From: Candidatus Magasanikbacteria bacterium GW2011_GWC2_37_14
Lineage (GTDB): Bacteria > Patescibacteriota > Patescibacteriia > Magasanikbacterales > UBA922
Assembly: GCA_000990355.1 (NCBI GenBank)
Contig: LBSX01000003.1
Coordinates: 21,489-85,488 of the forward strand
Direction of reading: 5' to 3'
DNA: 64,000 nt
Part shown: piece after piece, positions 19,101 through 27,503 of the stretch
How positions within the stretch are numbered: the stretch's first letter is position 1
Layout: the number at the start of each line of letters is the position of its first letter
Made by a program: the position numbers and the translations under genes
Notes under the pieces: generated by a model
What the model was told of the DNA's origin: nothing
What the model saw: the letters and a program-made list of their open reading frames with translations, nothing else
Database searches by the model: none

Positions 19101-22100
19101 CCCTAATACTGAATATACTTTTGCTGTCCGAACTCAATATTTAAGTAGTTCAACTTTGTATACTAGTTATTCGGCTTCTAGCACACCCACGACAACATTA
19201 TCTGCTGGTTCTGTTCCGAATGCCCCTACTGACATTGTCGTTACCAACATCACCACTTCCACCATGGATATATTATGGACAGATAATTCTTCTGATGAAG
19301 ATGGATTTACTTTAGATTATTCTATCGATGGTGTGTCAAGTTGGATCAGTGGTACGACCACAGAATACACAGTTGTTGTTGACTCTCTTTTACTCAATAC
19401 TCAATACTGGTTTAGAGTGGCGGCCTATAATTCATTTGGTACTTCTACGTTTGTGACAAGTACTGGTGATTATACCAACCCGGTAACTCCTGGCACACCA
19501 ACTATTTCCAACGTTTCAACATCTTCTGTCACCGCCACTTGGTCAGATAGTAGTAACTACGCCGGCACAGTATATTATGTTAATTACGCTGGTGGTTTCG
19601 TCACAACCTCAGCTACTACTACTAATATTATTGGTTTAACACCCAACACTGAGTATACTTTTGCTGTCCGCGCGCAATATTTAAGTAGTTCAACTTTGTA
19701 CACAGAATATTCTGCCTCTAGTACTCCACCAACCACCACTTTAAATGTGGTAGCACCAGAAGCCAGTTTTGATCTTACTATTGGTCAATATGACAACTTG
19801 TTTGCTGCAGCCAGTGGTACTAGTTGGACTTTTGACGTAACTTTTGATTCAGCTCTAGATGAAGGGGATGTAATTCAGTTTATTTGGCCCTGGATGGAAA
19901 ACAGTGATAATTTTAATTTGGATAACACCAGTGTCTCAGCCACAGACGTAACTCTTTATCGTCATTATGATCCGTTTGGTGGCGGTCAAGATGAAGGTGT
20001 GGAACGTTATCATGACGAAGGTACTAACGAAGAAAAATTTTATGGTTATTTGAACAGTAGTCTAAGTGCTGGTTCTAGTATTAGTATTACTTTTGCTGAT
20101 GTGATAAATCCTTACCCATTTAGTGGTAATGGTGGTAGTGGTTTTAGCAATTTACCAATTTATGTAAAAGCTGGTACTCCAGAAGAAATGATGCCAGGTG
20201 GTTCTTTGACAGTAGAAAAATTCTCCACTAGTACCGCAATTTCTCTTGTTAAGGGTGGTGGAGTGATCGTGTCTGATTATAATTCGGGTATTTCTGCTTC
20301 TTCTTATGCTACCAGTACTGAAGCCTCTTATACTTTTGCTTTTACAGCTACTAGCAGTATTCCCAATGGCGGTAATATTGTAGTAGTGATGCCAACGGGA
20401 TTTGATATTTCTGGAGCTTATTTAAGCGGTGATCAAAATATTAATGGGGCCGGAGCGACCGTTTCGAGTACTGCTATTACTACTTCTACTTATCACGATA
20501 TGCAAAGAATTTTTTTGGCGATAAGTAATACTTCCACCAGTCCGGGAGATACCATTACGGTAACTATTGATGGTCTTATCAATCCTAGCAGTAAGGGGGT
20601 TTATCGTGGACTTTATGTCTATACTGCGGAGGGTAATGACGGTTTAATTGACGGTAGTATTGGTGGTTTTGATCCTAGTGAATATGATGGACCACCACCA
20701 GTGGATACCATACATATTGGCGGAGACAATGATATTAGTGTTACTGTTTATAAAGACAATGGTGGCGTTATAACTTTACTTAGTGAAGAGGAAGCGGCTT
20801 TGCTAAAAATTGGTATGGATTGTCCAGATCGGAAGTTTTATGTTGGTAGTCGTTATTTGAATGCTTCAGCTACTGCTAGTTTCCAGAATTTATTGGATTG
20901 TAATTATGCTGTTTGGGTAGAACCAATCAACGAGGATCAAGAAACTATGGCAAGTTTTATGATGAGTTATTTGCCACCAGCTAGAAAGATGATTCAGGCA
21001 ACAGATGGAGCGTCTGTTTCTAGCACTCTTACTTTTGGTCTTCCCGATGCAGTGCTTACCTTGTCACTTAGTAATTTACCGGCAAATTATGATAGTTGGA
21101 TTAGCGCCTATGCTTATTCTGACAAATACATGGGTTTTTCGCCAGTATTTACTGACACCAGTTATACTACTCCAGGTACCAATGGTAGCGGAGTAGGTTA
21201 TGTGAGAATAAATGTTAAACAAGGTGAAAATTGGAAAGTAGGAATTGAAGGTGAAAGTGTTTCTTATAGTGGAAATAATTATTGGCCACCAACTTTTTCC
21301 TCTGCTTATATTGGTAGTTCCACAGTCGCTCTAGGTGATTTTCCTTATATATTAGCAGACAAGACTTTGACAGTGTCTTTGTTGGATAGTGGTAATGATA
21401 ATCCAGTAACGGACGCTTGTGTATCAGTCACACAGTCTAATAGTGGTGGATTTTTTGGGAAATCACAAGGAAATATCTGCCAACCTAACAGTGGTAATAA
21501 TTATGTATTCAAAGTGCCTCAAGGTTCAGTGGTGGTAAATGTTGAGAGATTTGGTAGTAAGATGCAGCAATATCCAGTGTCAGTAGGAGCTTTGGGAGCA
21601 ACTAAGGAAATATATATGGAGGCGCCAGATAATTATATAGCTGTGACCGTGGAAGATAGTGATGGCAACCCTGTAAATGGTGCTGGTGTTTTTGCTTATG
21701 GCCAAGGTGGTCATGCCGAGGGTATGACTGGCACTGCTGGAACTACCACCCTTTATCTTAACTCAGGTATTTATTCAGTAGAAGCTTTTGTACCAGGGTT
21801 TGGACAGCTTACTCGTCAAACGAATATTACTGTTTCAGAAGAAATTAACCCTGCAGTAACTTTTACTTTAAATTCTGGAAGCTTTGAACAAATTTCTGGT
21901 AGAATATATTATGATCTAAACAGTAATGATCAATATGACGATGGTATAGATACGCCAGTAAGCCAAATGAAAATGGGGGCCGGAAGTGATGATGGAACAA
22001 ATAATGGCGGTGGAGCAGAAACTGCTGATGATGGTACTTATACTATTTATGTGCCAAGCACTGGCAACTATAATGTTAGTGGTTGGTCAAAAAATACTGG

Positions 22101-24993
22101 TGGATTAGAATCTCAACCAGTAGTAGTAGGCGATAGTGGAGTGAGCGATGTAGATTGGGCATTGGGCGAAAGTGGTACTTTGGAAATAACTTTACAAAAT
22201 GCTTCAACAATTAGTAAGCTTTTTGCTGGAGTATTTAATCCAACAACTCAGCGTGGTTCGCATACTGGTTCTTGGCTTATTGATGGCACTAGTAAAAAAG
22301 CTAGTATTACTTTGCCAGCCGGTAGTTACCGATTGGATATAGGTTCGCCAGCTTATGGTCCGATTGTAGAAGGCCAAAATGTTACGGTAACTGGAGGTGT
22401 TACAACTCAGCTTACTTACAATGCCGCAGCCTCAGCCACTTGGGTTACTATTAGCGGTACAGTGACTTCCGATGGTAGTCCCGTATCAGGAGTAAATGTT
22501 TGGGCAGCGCGTTTAGCTGGACCTGGACATTATTCCGATCAAACCGACAGTAGTGGTAATTATTCTTTAACAGTACCAGGTAATCGAGCTTATTTTGCTG
22601 GAGTAGAGTATAGTGGTTATATTGCTGATGAGGGAGAAGTATCAATAAGCGTTACGACTGAAAATGTTGATCAAGATTTTACTTTAGCTAGCGCCCCATA
22701 TACGATTAGTGGTAAATTGATTAATCTTTCTGCTACAGCTTTGACTGAAGGTTGGGTATCGGCCAAGAAAACAATTGGCGATCGTGAAGTGTGGAAAGGT
22801 AGTCCGGTAGATGGAGCTGGTAATTACAGTATTAGTGTTAATGCCGGTGATTGGACTCTTTATGGTGAAGCCCCTTGTTATTATCGTAGTTCTGGAACAT
22901 CCTCGGTGGTTGTTGGTAGCAATGCTACTACCAATATTGCTTTAACCGCACGAGCTGGATGTAGTGTTGACAATGGTAAAATTTTTACAGTTATTGATAC
23001 GACTGGCGGACAGATTGTTACCGATGATGCTGTTATAAATATTCCAGCCAATGCTTTGGGCAGAACTGGCAATGCTGTAAACATCCGCATCTCACGTTCC
23101 AATTTGGCAGTTGGTTCTTCCAATGCTACTCCAATTGTACCAATTACTATTACTGCCACCGATAGTAGTGGTTCGTCTATTACCACTTTGAATAGCGCTG
23201 TAGAAATTAAATATAATTATGATGTGACCAAACTACCGGTAGGTTTTGATGAAAGTGATCTTTCATTTGGTTACTTTAGCGATTCTACTGGTCAGTGGGA
23301 AAGTGTGGCTGGCGTGGTGGATACCACCAATAATACTGTGACTGTAGAAGTGGAACACTTTACAGACTTTGGACCACTATTACCTGGTGTTCCTTCAGCC
23401 CCAGAAAATTTAGTAGCTACCGCCGCATCGACTAGCCAGATTGATCTTACTTGGAATACTGCTGCCAATGCGGATTCGTATATTATTTATGCTACGACAA
23501 CTAATTCTGGTGGTACATTTTATGCTGGTGATCAAATAGCTACTGGCGTTACTGAGACTAGTTATAGCCATACTACTTTGGATGCAGAAACGACTTGGTA
23601 TTATGAAGTAGCCGGGTACAATGAAAATGGCGAAGGTGCAAATTCTGATGTAGATAGTGCAACTACTGAAGCTGGTATTGATGGAATAACAGTTAGCCAA
23701 ACTACTCGAACAGTAGCCGAAGATAGCGGTACTGCTACTTACACTGTGGTTTTAGATTCAGTCCCTGGTGCTAGTGTGGTAATAACAGCGTCTGAAAGTA
23801 GTGCTGATTTTTCTGTGTCTCCCTCTACACTCACTTTTACCGTTGGTAATTGGAATACACCACAAACAGTTACGATTACTGCCACTAGTGATACTGATGT
23901 AGAAGGATCGGAAACTGCTGATATTGTTCACACAGCCGTAAGTGTGGTTGAAGATTATAATGGTATCAGTATTAGTAATGTCACTGTGACTGTTACGGAT
24001 AATGATTCAAATGGTAGTAGTGGCAGTAGTTCCTCCGACACCACTCCTCCAACCAACACCTCAATCAAGATTAATGAAAACGCTGTTACTGCACAATCCA
24101 ACCAAGTAATCCTGACTTTAGTAGCCAATGAAGCCACCCAAATGATCTTAAGCAATACTTCAGACTTTGCTGGTGCTACTTGGGAAGCATATGTTTCTAG
24201 TAAAATCTGGCTCTTAACCACTGGCGCTGGTACCAAGACTGTCTATGTTAAATTTAGAGATTCTAGCTTTAATGTTAGTTCAGTTGTTTCTGACAGCATT
24301 GATTACCTTTCGGCCACAGTCGTAGAAATTCCAGCCCCTGTAGTAGTAGTTACTCCACCAACCACTTGTGCTCTTACTACCAAATCTGCTTACAAACTGG
24401 CCACCTCTCCTGCTGTTTACTACATTACTCCTGAATGTACCAAACGAGCCTTTAACAAGTCTAATGTCTTCTTTACTTACTTCACATCATGGAATGATGT
24501 TCAAATCACCACTAAAGAAAAACTAGACTCCATCCCCAACGACACCCTTGGTTTTATGCCCTGGGGCCCTAAGTATGATCCTAAATATGGTGCTCTAGTA
24601 AAGATTGTCACTGATCCTAAGGTTTATTTACTCTTAGGTACAGAAAAGTACTGGATTACTTCCGAAGCAGTCTTTAACACGCTTAAATACTCTTGGAACT
24701 GGATCGAAGACATTGACCCAGACTTACTCAACAAATACACCACTGGTAGTGAAATAACCAACACCACTGTCCACCCTAATTACACCCTAATTAAGTACGC
24801 CAACAATTCTAAGGTTTACCGTCTAGACCCCGGCTCCGCTGAAGCTACGCCGGGCAAGCCAGAATTATATGGTAAACAAGTTAAACGTTGGATACCAAAC
24901 GAAACAATCTTTAATTCTCTTAACTTTAGATTGGATAGAATAGTTACCATACCTGATACAGAAGTTTACGAGATGGGTGAGAATTTAAAGTAA
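13105..24993 (+). CDS. giant (3962 aa) extracytoplasmic protein with three FN3 + BNR/Asp-box beta-propeller-like modules, further FN3 units, carboxypeptidase-regulatory-like and Calx-beta-like domains
   Basis: N-terminal signal/anchor. Threefold repeat PTGLTATP...IDLTWNS..GATSY.LY at about aa 450, 940 and 1420. Repeated S-x-D-x-G-x-(T/S)-W motifs (STDGGVTW, STDGGSSW, STDNGVSW). Ser/Thr-rich throughout. Confidence 0.7.
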   Translation: MSSSQKIFLGYFQKITLVFVFVLIGVLFPQVFGLKISESKAVTFSSSALISEDSPGVKDMVKLKKINGIYYLINKPSGSGPLKMATSSDGINWSSFSNIANGINSDYDFGYYANGGYFYAVFSNFNYTDGASSEIVITTSSDAITWSATSTAVSVIGDGGPIYLSVLSSSNYLTLAYTRDFPLSKNYEFLLATSTNGISWSTSTIATELELMVEGFVADSDGSMHALYSYISDENYNTSTEVYLEYAKSTDGGVTWSTSTFGRTDYQFYSSDRTAAIAIDSNGNPGVVYYTIDEIDEPNSCTWDVEGEEWTGDCNVTTSIRYAKYSGSAWASSTVVTFPLLIADTSYGLGIKPSLTFAENNEALFVGAGSNFYPYLITNTNTLDINQFTITQIDSKAMDGYSPWDSGVSMIFNTNTLGVDIAFIGDDGSSTDRDVFYTTSTAVVAPVSPTGLTATPSTTTQIDLTWNSTGGATSYILYGSEDNFSTTSTVTTTASTSYSDTGLTASITYYYKIAAINEIGTGVASASVNTTTLADAPAYDGNLPLVSNDAKTKLLWVNDVYYYAFSSSTGSDYNVYLTTSTNGGTGTWSEPQLIFASVKPTVGGSQSDNGLFAFEYNSFGNYFGVAAFASSTFGAGGTYEVWFSSSTNGSSWSATSTVASGLPSSDAERQIYMDFSSQEEFVGVFVKSTFGTNYKVYYSTSTGSSWDNSGALTFETDTYPVSLGFGISGTGVSRQFHTAYYGTSGNFDIIYASSTDNVGTSWTTTTVASNVSISLPGIGDVRFSYLNSFTLDDNGLPGLIYYDITTSTPDYHTTSSLIYAKRDGNSVWTSETIADDISITLVSHYYFEPANLTFYDTDKPIIFTSESNLYPMAIVNTSSQWSSLFEGGSAMGDFTELSSAYNTTSEFWAGSYVTADGQLYFVTSSLTSLVVIPDTPTGLTATPVSSVQIDLTWNSSAGATSYVLYSATTSGFVVTTTVTTTALTSFSNTGLTASAQYYYKVAAANAIGTSISSMAVNTTTLAGAPAYGGNLPVLPANSIQKLVYANSLYYLAFTSSTGGLWDIYITTSTNGVSGTWSEPILISPEIVKIDDNGPQFFDFIFNTTANNLGLVYIASTTGITYFTTSTNAISWSTGVNTMSPVGGYFNFDYKGDNVLVVSKNNTLNVHSSQSSYSTDGGSSWVTSAVFSRDVSGAGDPSGAILGAQIGGDGSVHMLYFSSGDGGATPHQLIYASSTDNGVSWVDTTVGTEIGNDGLGLEWGTLSLDSNDDPGVLYAEANDFDGSNITTTIRLAKRSTLGVWATSTIYYPASATGVSGFPKYPKLEFIGSDYPLAFHFGNNYNPVWSVSTTTDPYVYTNNTLNEDVVGNNTSLGLVYTTSTEIVGMSYIDNAGQLYFATSSLTLPAGIPATPTGLTATPISATQIDVAWDSSVGATSYNLYASSDNFVADNNLVTTTVLTSYSHTGIPANFTVYYKISAVNAYGESASSTAVSTTTLSDIIAFDGNLPAVPGNLSNTKLLYVDNLYYLFFTSTTVTSSFDLYLTTSTNGVAGTWSEPQIIFSEMPVFEMDQAIATFGAEYNSTAGYLAFSAISSSTGHIIVATSTNGVTWGQVDTGLVGTYGNIINGMSFASGTNFGVVAYDFTSYLYSTDNWQTINTSTIPVNYDDGGFVSGINAYYPGSGSVIVQAVYGTTATTTDYIFVTTTNHVDFGTTTLVTGLDGGIWNNSFAVDSSGNAGFVYVTSTVAKFLYHNTDGSWSTSNLGVGHQVGKFDLQFFNGAPFAVYAGAYDLAVFAYSTSSPYVFTEITDIGAGKTVGSNTKMSTVYDDATNIVTAVFATASNTLMFVTTSLDLAVSSGSAPIAPSGLGTVVATSSITISWADNSSDEDGFVIQQSLNGVEYSTIATVSANITSTVISSLYPNTRYWEKVASYNTSGTSTYTASNDDYTNPVAPGTPTISNVSTSTLTATWSDNSNGSGTVYYVNYTGGFVTTSATTTNITGLTPNTEYTFAVRTQYLSSSTLYTSYSASSTPTTTLSAGSVPNAPTDIVVTNITTSTMDILWTDNSSDEDGFTLDYSIDGVSSWISGTTTEYTVVVDSLLLNTQYWFRVAAYNSFGTSTFVTSTGDYTNPVTPGTPTISNVSTSSVTATWSDSSNYAGTVYYVNYAGGFVTTSATTTNIIGLTPNTEYTFAVRAQYLSSSTLYTEYSASSTPPTTTLNVVAPEASFDLTIGQYDNLFAAASGTSWTFDVTFDSALDEGDVIQFIWPWMENSDNFNLDNTSVSATDVTLYRHYDPFGGGQDEGVERYHDEGTNEEKFYGYLNSSLSAGSSISITFADVINPYPFSGNGGSGFSNLPIYVKAGTPEEMMPGGSLTVEKFSTSTAISLVKGGGVIVSDYNSGISASSYATSTEASYTFAFTATSSIPNGGNIVVVMPTGFDISGAYLSGDQNINGAGATVSSTAITTSTYHDMQRIFLAISNTSTSPGDTITVTIDGLINPSSKGVYRGLYVYTAEGNDGLIDGSIGGFDPSEYDGPPPVDTIHIGGDNDISVTVYKDNGGVITLLSEEEAALLKIGMDCPDRKFYVGSRYLNASATASFQNLLDCNYAVWVEPINEDQETMASFMMSYLPPARKMIQATDGASVSSTLTFGLPDAVLTLSLSNLPANYDSWISAYAYSDKYMGFSPVFTDTSYTTPGTNGSGVGYVRINVKQGENWKVGIEGESVSYSGNNYWPPTFSSAYIGSSTVALGDFPYILADKTLTVSLLDSGNDNPVTDACVSVTQSNSGGFFGKSQGNICQPNSGNNYVFKVPQGSVVVNVERFGSKMQQYPVSVGALGATKEIYMEAPDNYIAVTVEDSDGNPVNGAGVFAYGQGGHAEGMTGTAGTTTLYLNSGIYSVEAFVPGFGQLTRQTNITVSEEINPAVTFTLNSGSFEQISGRIYYDLNSNDQYDDGIDTPVSQMKMGAGSDDGTNNGGGAETADDGTYTIYVPSTGNYNVSGWSKNTGGLESQPVVVGDSGVSDVDWALGESGTLEITLQNASTISKLFAGVFNPTTQRGSHTGSWLIDGTSKKASITLPAGSYRLDIGSPAYGPIVEGQNVTVTGGVTTQLTYNAAASATWVTISGTVTSDGSPVSGVNVWAARLAGPGHYSDQTDSSGNYSLTVPGNRAYFAGVEYSGYIADEGEVSISVTTENVDQDFTLASAPYTISGKLINLSATALTEGWVSAKKTIGDREVWKGSPVDGAGNYSISVNAGDWTLYGEAPCYYRSSGTSSVVVGSNATTNIALTARAGCSVDNGKIFTVIDTTGGQIVTDDAVINIPANALGRTGNAVNIRISRSNLAVGSSNATPIVPITITATDSSGSSITTLNSAVEIKYNYDVTKLPVGFDESDLSFGYFSDSTGQWESVAGVVDTTNNTVTVEVEHFTDFGPLLPGVPSAPENLVATAASTSQIDLTWNTAANADSYIIYATTTNSGGTFYAGDQIATGVTETSYSHTTLDAETTWYYEVAGYNENGEGANSDVDSATTEAGIDGITVSQTTRTVAEDSGTATYTVVLDSVPGASVVITASESSADFSVSPSTLTFTVGNWNTPQTVTITATSDTDVEGSETADIVHTAVSVVEDYNGISISNVTVTVTDNDSNGSSGSSSSDTTPPTNTSIKINENAVTAQSNQVILTLVANEATQMILSNTSDFAGATWEAYVSSKIWLLTTGAGTKTVYVKFRDSSFNVSSVVSDSIDYLSATVVEIPAPVVVVTPPTTCALTTKSAYKLATSPAVYYITPECTKRAFNKSNVFFTYFTSWNDVQITTKEKLDSIPNDTLGFMPWGPKYDPKYGALVKIVTDPKVYLLLGTEKYWITSEAVFNTLKYSWNWIEDIDPDLLNKYTTGSEITNTTVHPNYTLIKYANNSKVYRLDPGSAEATPGKPELYGKQVKRWIPNETIFNSLNFRLDRIVTIPDTEVYEMGENLK

Positions 24994-25003
24994 TAAAATA
25001 AAA

Positions 25004-25037
25004 ATCCCTCGTAAGAACGAGGGATTTTGTTTGACAT
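25004..25037 (+). terminator. rho-independent terminator of the giant gene
   Basis: aaatccctcgt aagaa cgagggattt followed by tgtttg. Confidence 0.65.
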
Positions 25038-25058
25038 AATTATCGTGTTTGTTATACT
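25031..25058 (+). promoter_or_regulatory. candidate promoter TTGACA-16-TATACT
   Basis: ttgaca taattatcgtgtttgt tatact, about 25 nt upstream of ORF 25084. Confidence 0.35.
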
Positions 25059-25083
25059 AAATATATATTCTTAATATTATTTT

Positions 25084-25368
25084 ATGGGAGAAGGTTTTAG
25101 AAAATTTATTAGAGATGCTGGTAAGATTGGTTTAGTTCTCGGTGCATTACATGGTTCACCAGACAAGGCCGAAGCCAAGCCGATTGTTCCACCCGAGAAT
25201 AATCGTCTTGCGGAGATTATTGATGGTGATAAAAAAGTTGCCGAACGTGATCCAGCACTTATACCGGCTGATGTTATGGAACATTATAGAGAACATAGTA
25301 AAGATGATGATACTGATGCTCGCGATGATGGTGGAGACGAAGCATACAGACCAGAAAAAAGAAAATAA
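25084..25368 (+). CDS. small hypothetical protein with an acidic C-terminus
   Basis: ORF only; somewhat higher GC than neighbours. Confidence 0.3.
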   Translation: MGEGFRKFIRDAGKIGLVLGALHGSPDKAEAKPIVPPENNRLAEIIDGDKKVAERDPALIPADVMEHYREHSKDDDTDARDDGGDEAYRPEKRK

Positions 25369-25385
25369 TTTTTTAATTTTATATT

Positions 25386-25751
25386 ATGGAAGAACAAAAT
25401 CAAACACCGCAATCTGTGTTACCAATACAAATGAAATCTGGGCCAGGTGACGTGCAGGAAAATAAAATTTTAGCTATTATTGGCTATTTGGGTATACTTT
25501 GTCTTATCCCTTTACTTTTAAAAAGAGACAGTCAATTTGCTCAGTATCATGGTAAACAAGGTGTAATGCTTTTGATTGGCTGGGTGGTTATAAATGTGGT
25601 AATGGTGGTGCCAATTTTGGGCTGGATTGTTGGTTTTGTGGGTAATATTGCTTGTTTGGTGCTAATGATTGTAGGTATTGTGAATGCTGCCCAAGGACAA
25701 ATGAAAGAATTGCCTTGGATTGGAAAGTACGCTGGCAAAATAAATCTTTAA
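25386..25751 (+). CDS. DUF4870-like small membrane protein
   Basis: KILAIIGYLGILCLIPLLLKRDSQFAQYHGKQGVMLLI, the characteristic DUF4870/TM2-like core; three TM segments. Confidence 0.55.
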   Translation: MEEQNQTPQSVLPIQMKSGPGDVQENKILAIIGYLGILCLIPLLLKRDSQFAQYHGKQGVMLLIGWVVINVVMVVPILGWIVGFVGNIACLVLMIVGIVNAAQGQMKELPWIGKYAGKINL

Positions 25752-25762
25752 CAGGGTTTATT

Positions 25763-25801
25763 AACACTGGTAGATGAGAGTTTGCCAGTGTTTTATTTTT
25801 T
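25763..25801 (+). terminator. rho-independent terminator
   Basis: aacactgg tagatgagagtttg ccagtgtt followed by ttatttttt. Confidence 0.7.
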
Positions 25802-25837
25802 AAATGTTTTTGATGTAGGATTTAAGACATAGGTTAT

Positions 25838-26194
25838 ATGAGTGATATTGAAAAATGGAGAAAATTAGATGTCTGGTTGAAAGCACATAAATTAGTTGTT
25901 GAAGTTTATAGAATTACAGAAATTTTTCCTAATCATGAACTATATTGTTTGGTCTCGCAGATAAGACGCGCTGCTATTTCTATAGTTGCTAATATTGTGG
26001 AAGGTACAAAAAGGCAAACGTCAAAAGATAGAGTACATTTTTATGTAATGTCAGACACTTCTCTTGAAGAGTTGAAATATTACTTCATTTTAAGTTATAA
26101 TCTACATTATATAGATTTGCAGAAAGCTAGCCTTCTAACTGAGAAGGCTAGAACTGTTGGCCGAATGCTGAACGGACTAATTAAGTGTCAATAA
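25838..26194 (+). CDS. four-helix-bundle protein (23S rRNA-IVS / S23 ribosomal protein family)
   Basis: LDVWLKAHKLVVEVYRITEIFPNHELYCLVSQIRRAAISIVANIVEG; family signature. Confidence 0.7.
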   Translation: MSDIEKWRKLDVWLKAHKLVVEVYRITEIFPNHELYCLVSQIRRAAISIVANIVEGTKRQTSKDRVHFYVMSDTSLEELKYYFILSYNLHYIDLQKASLLTEKARTVGRMLNGLIKCQ

Positions 26195-26234
26195 AATCTT
26201 ATATCCTAGGCCATATATCTTAAACCCGTATAAT

Positions 26235-27386
26235 ATGGAAATACATGAGTTGGTACAAAGTTTAGTAGAATTAAATAAAAAACTTGTAAATTTACAAGTG
26301 ATGTTAAAGTTATCGGAAAAAGAAAAAGAAATAAAAATTTTAGCAGAAAAAATGAATGAAAATGGTTTTTGGAACAACCAAGAAGAAGCAACCAAAGTAA
26401 GCAAACGTTTAAGTTATTTGCAAAATGAACAAACAGAATGGAAAAAATTATCTAGTCAAGTTGTTGATTTGTTGGAAATGGCCAAACTAGATGAAGAAGA
26501 TAAAGATGTAAATTTACGTGAGGAATTGGAAAAACAATACAAAATTATAAATAAAGCAATCAATCATTTGGAATTTAATACTCTAATGAGTGAAAAATAT
26601 GATGACCACAATGCGATTGTGGCCATTCACTCGGGAAGTGGTGGAACCGAAGCACAAGACTGGGCCGAAATATTACTTCGCATGTATTTAAAATATTCAG
26701 AAAACAAGAATTGGAAAATAATGATGATTGATGAAACACGCGGGCAAGAGGCGGGAATAAAATCAGCAGTGTTTAGAGTTGAAGGTGACCCTTCGGCTAG
26801 TGCTCCCCTCGGCGTGAGCTCGGGCCGAACGCAGGGCGGGTTTGTTTATGGACATTTAAAATCCGAACACGGTACTCATCGCTTAGTTAGAATTTCTCCA
26901 TTTGACGCAGAAAAAATGCGTCATACTTCTTTTGCTTTAGTAGAAGTAATTCCGGAGCTGGAGGAAAGCGAAAGTTTACAAATTGATGCTAAAGATTTGC
27001 GTGTAGATACTTTTATGTCTGGTGGTAAGGGTGGACAATCTGTTAATACTACTTATTCCGCAGTACGTATAGTTCATATTCCCACAGGTACCACTGTACA
27101 ATGTCAAAATGAACGCAGTCAACAACAAAACAAAGAAATGGCATTAAAAATTTTACAATCCAAACTACAAAAAATAAAAGATGAGGAAGAAGATAAAGAA
27201 AAACAAAAATTACGTGGAGAATACAAGAGCCCAGAGTGGGGTAGTCAAATTCGTTCTTATGTACTCCACCCATATCACCTAGTAAAAGATTTGCGTACAG
27301 ATTATGAGACGACCGATGACAAAAGTGTTTTGGAAGGGAATTTGGATGAGTTTGTGGAGAGTTATTTAAGGTGGAAAAAGAAATAA
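26235..27386 (+). CDS. prfB: peptide chain release factor 2, encoded without the programmed +1 frameshift
   Basis: SPF tripeptide (RISPFD), GGQ (SGGKGGQSVN), single uninterrupted ORF. Contains an in-frame GC-rich insertion (D PSASAPLGVSSGRTQGG F) at 26788-26840. Confidence 0.85.
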   Translation: MEIHELVQSLVELNKKLVNLQVMLKLSEKEKEIKILAEKMNENGFWNNQEEATKVSKRLSYLQNEQTEWKKLSSQVVDLLEMAKLDEEDKDVNLREELEKQYKIINKAINHLEFNTLMSEKYDDHNAIVAIHSGSGGTEAQDWAEILLRMYLKYSENKNWKIMMIDETRGQEAGIKSAVFRVEGDPSASAPLGVSSGRTQGGFVYGHLKSEHGTHRLVRISPFDAEKMRHTSFALVEVIPELEESESLQIDAKDLRVDTFMSGGKGGQSVNTTYSAVRIVHIPTGTTVQCQNERSQQQNKEMALKILQSKLQKIKDEEEDKEKQKLRGEYKSPEWGSQIRSYVLHPYHLVKDLRTDYETTDDKSVLEGNLDEFVESYLRWKKK

Positions 27387-27387
27387 A

Positions 27388-27500
27388 ATTTTCAATGATC
27401 AATTTACAATTTACAATAAATTATCAATTTTCAATTACCATTAGTGATTGAAAATTGTGTCATTGTAAATTTATTGAAAATTGAAAAATGAAAATTGGTA
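27388..27500. repeat. repeat family C: ~110-bp AT-rich palindromic element (arms tcaatttacaatttacaataaatt... / ...aatttattgtaaattg...)
   Basis: Copies at 27388, 31151, 49590/50005 (split by a gene) and 55201; all intergenic and just upstream of gene starts. Confidence 0.65.
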
Positions 27501-27503
27501 ATT

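Noticed and set aside
14654-24236. Numerous 60-120-aa ORFs on both strands inside the giant gene 13105..24993 (e.g. 18040..18396 -, 18477..18833 -, 22881..23186 -, 23955..24236 -)
   Set aside because: They are fully nested in a long, domain-rich ORF; they have no RBS and no recognisable motifs; they are typical shadow ORFs.
27495-27503. TTG start for tsaC as given by the ORF track
   Set aside because: The in-frame ATG at 27504 gives the canonical N-terminus, and the TTG lies inside the family C repeat.
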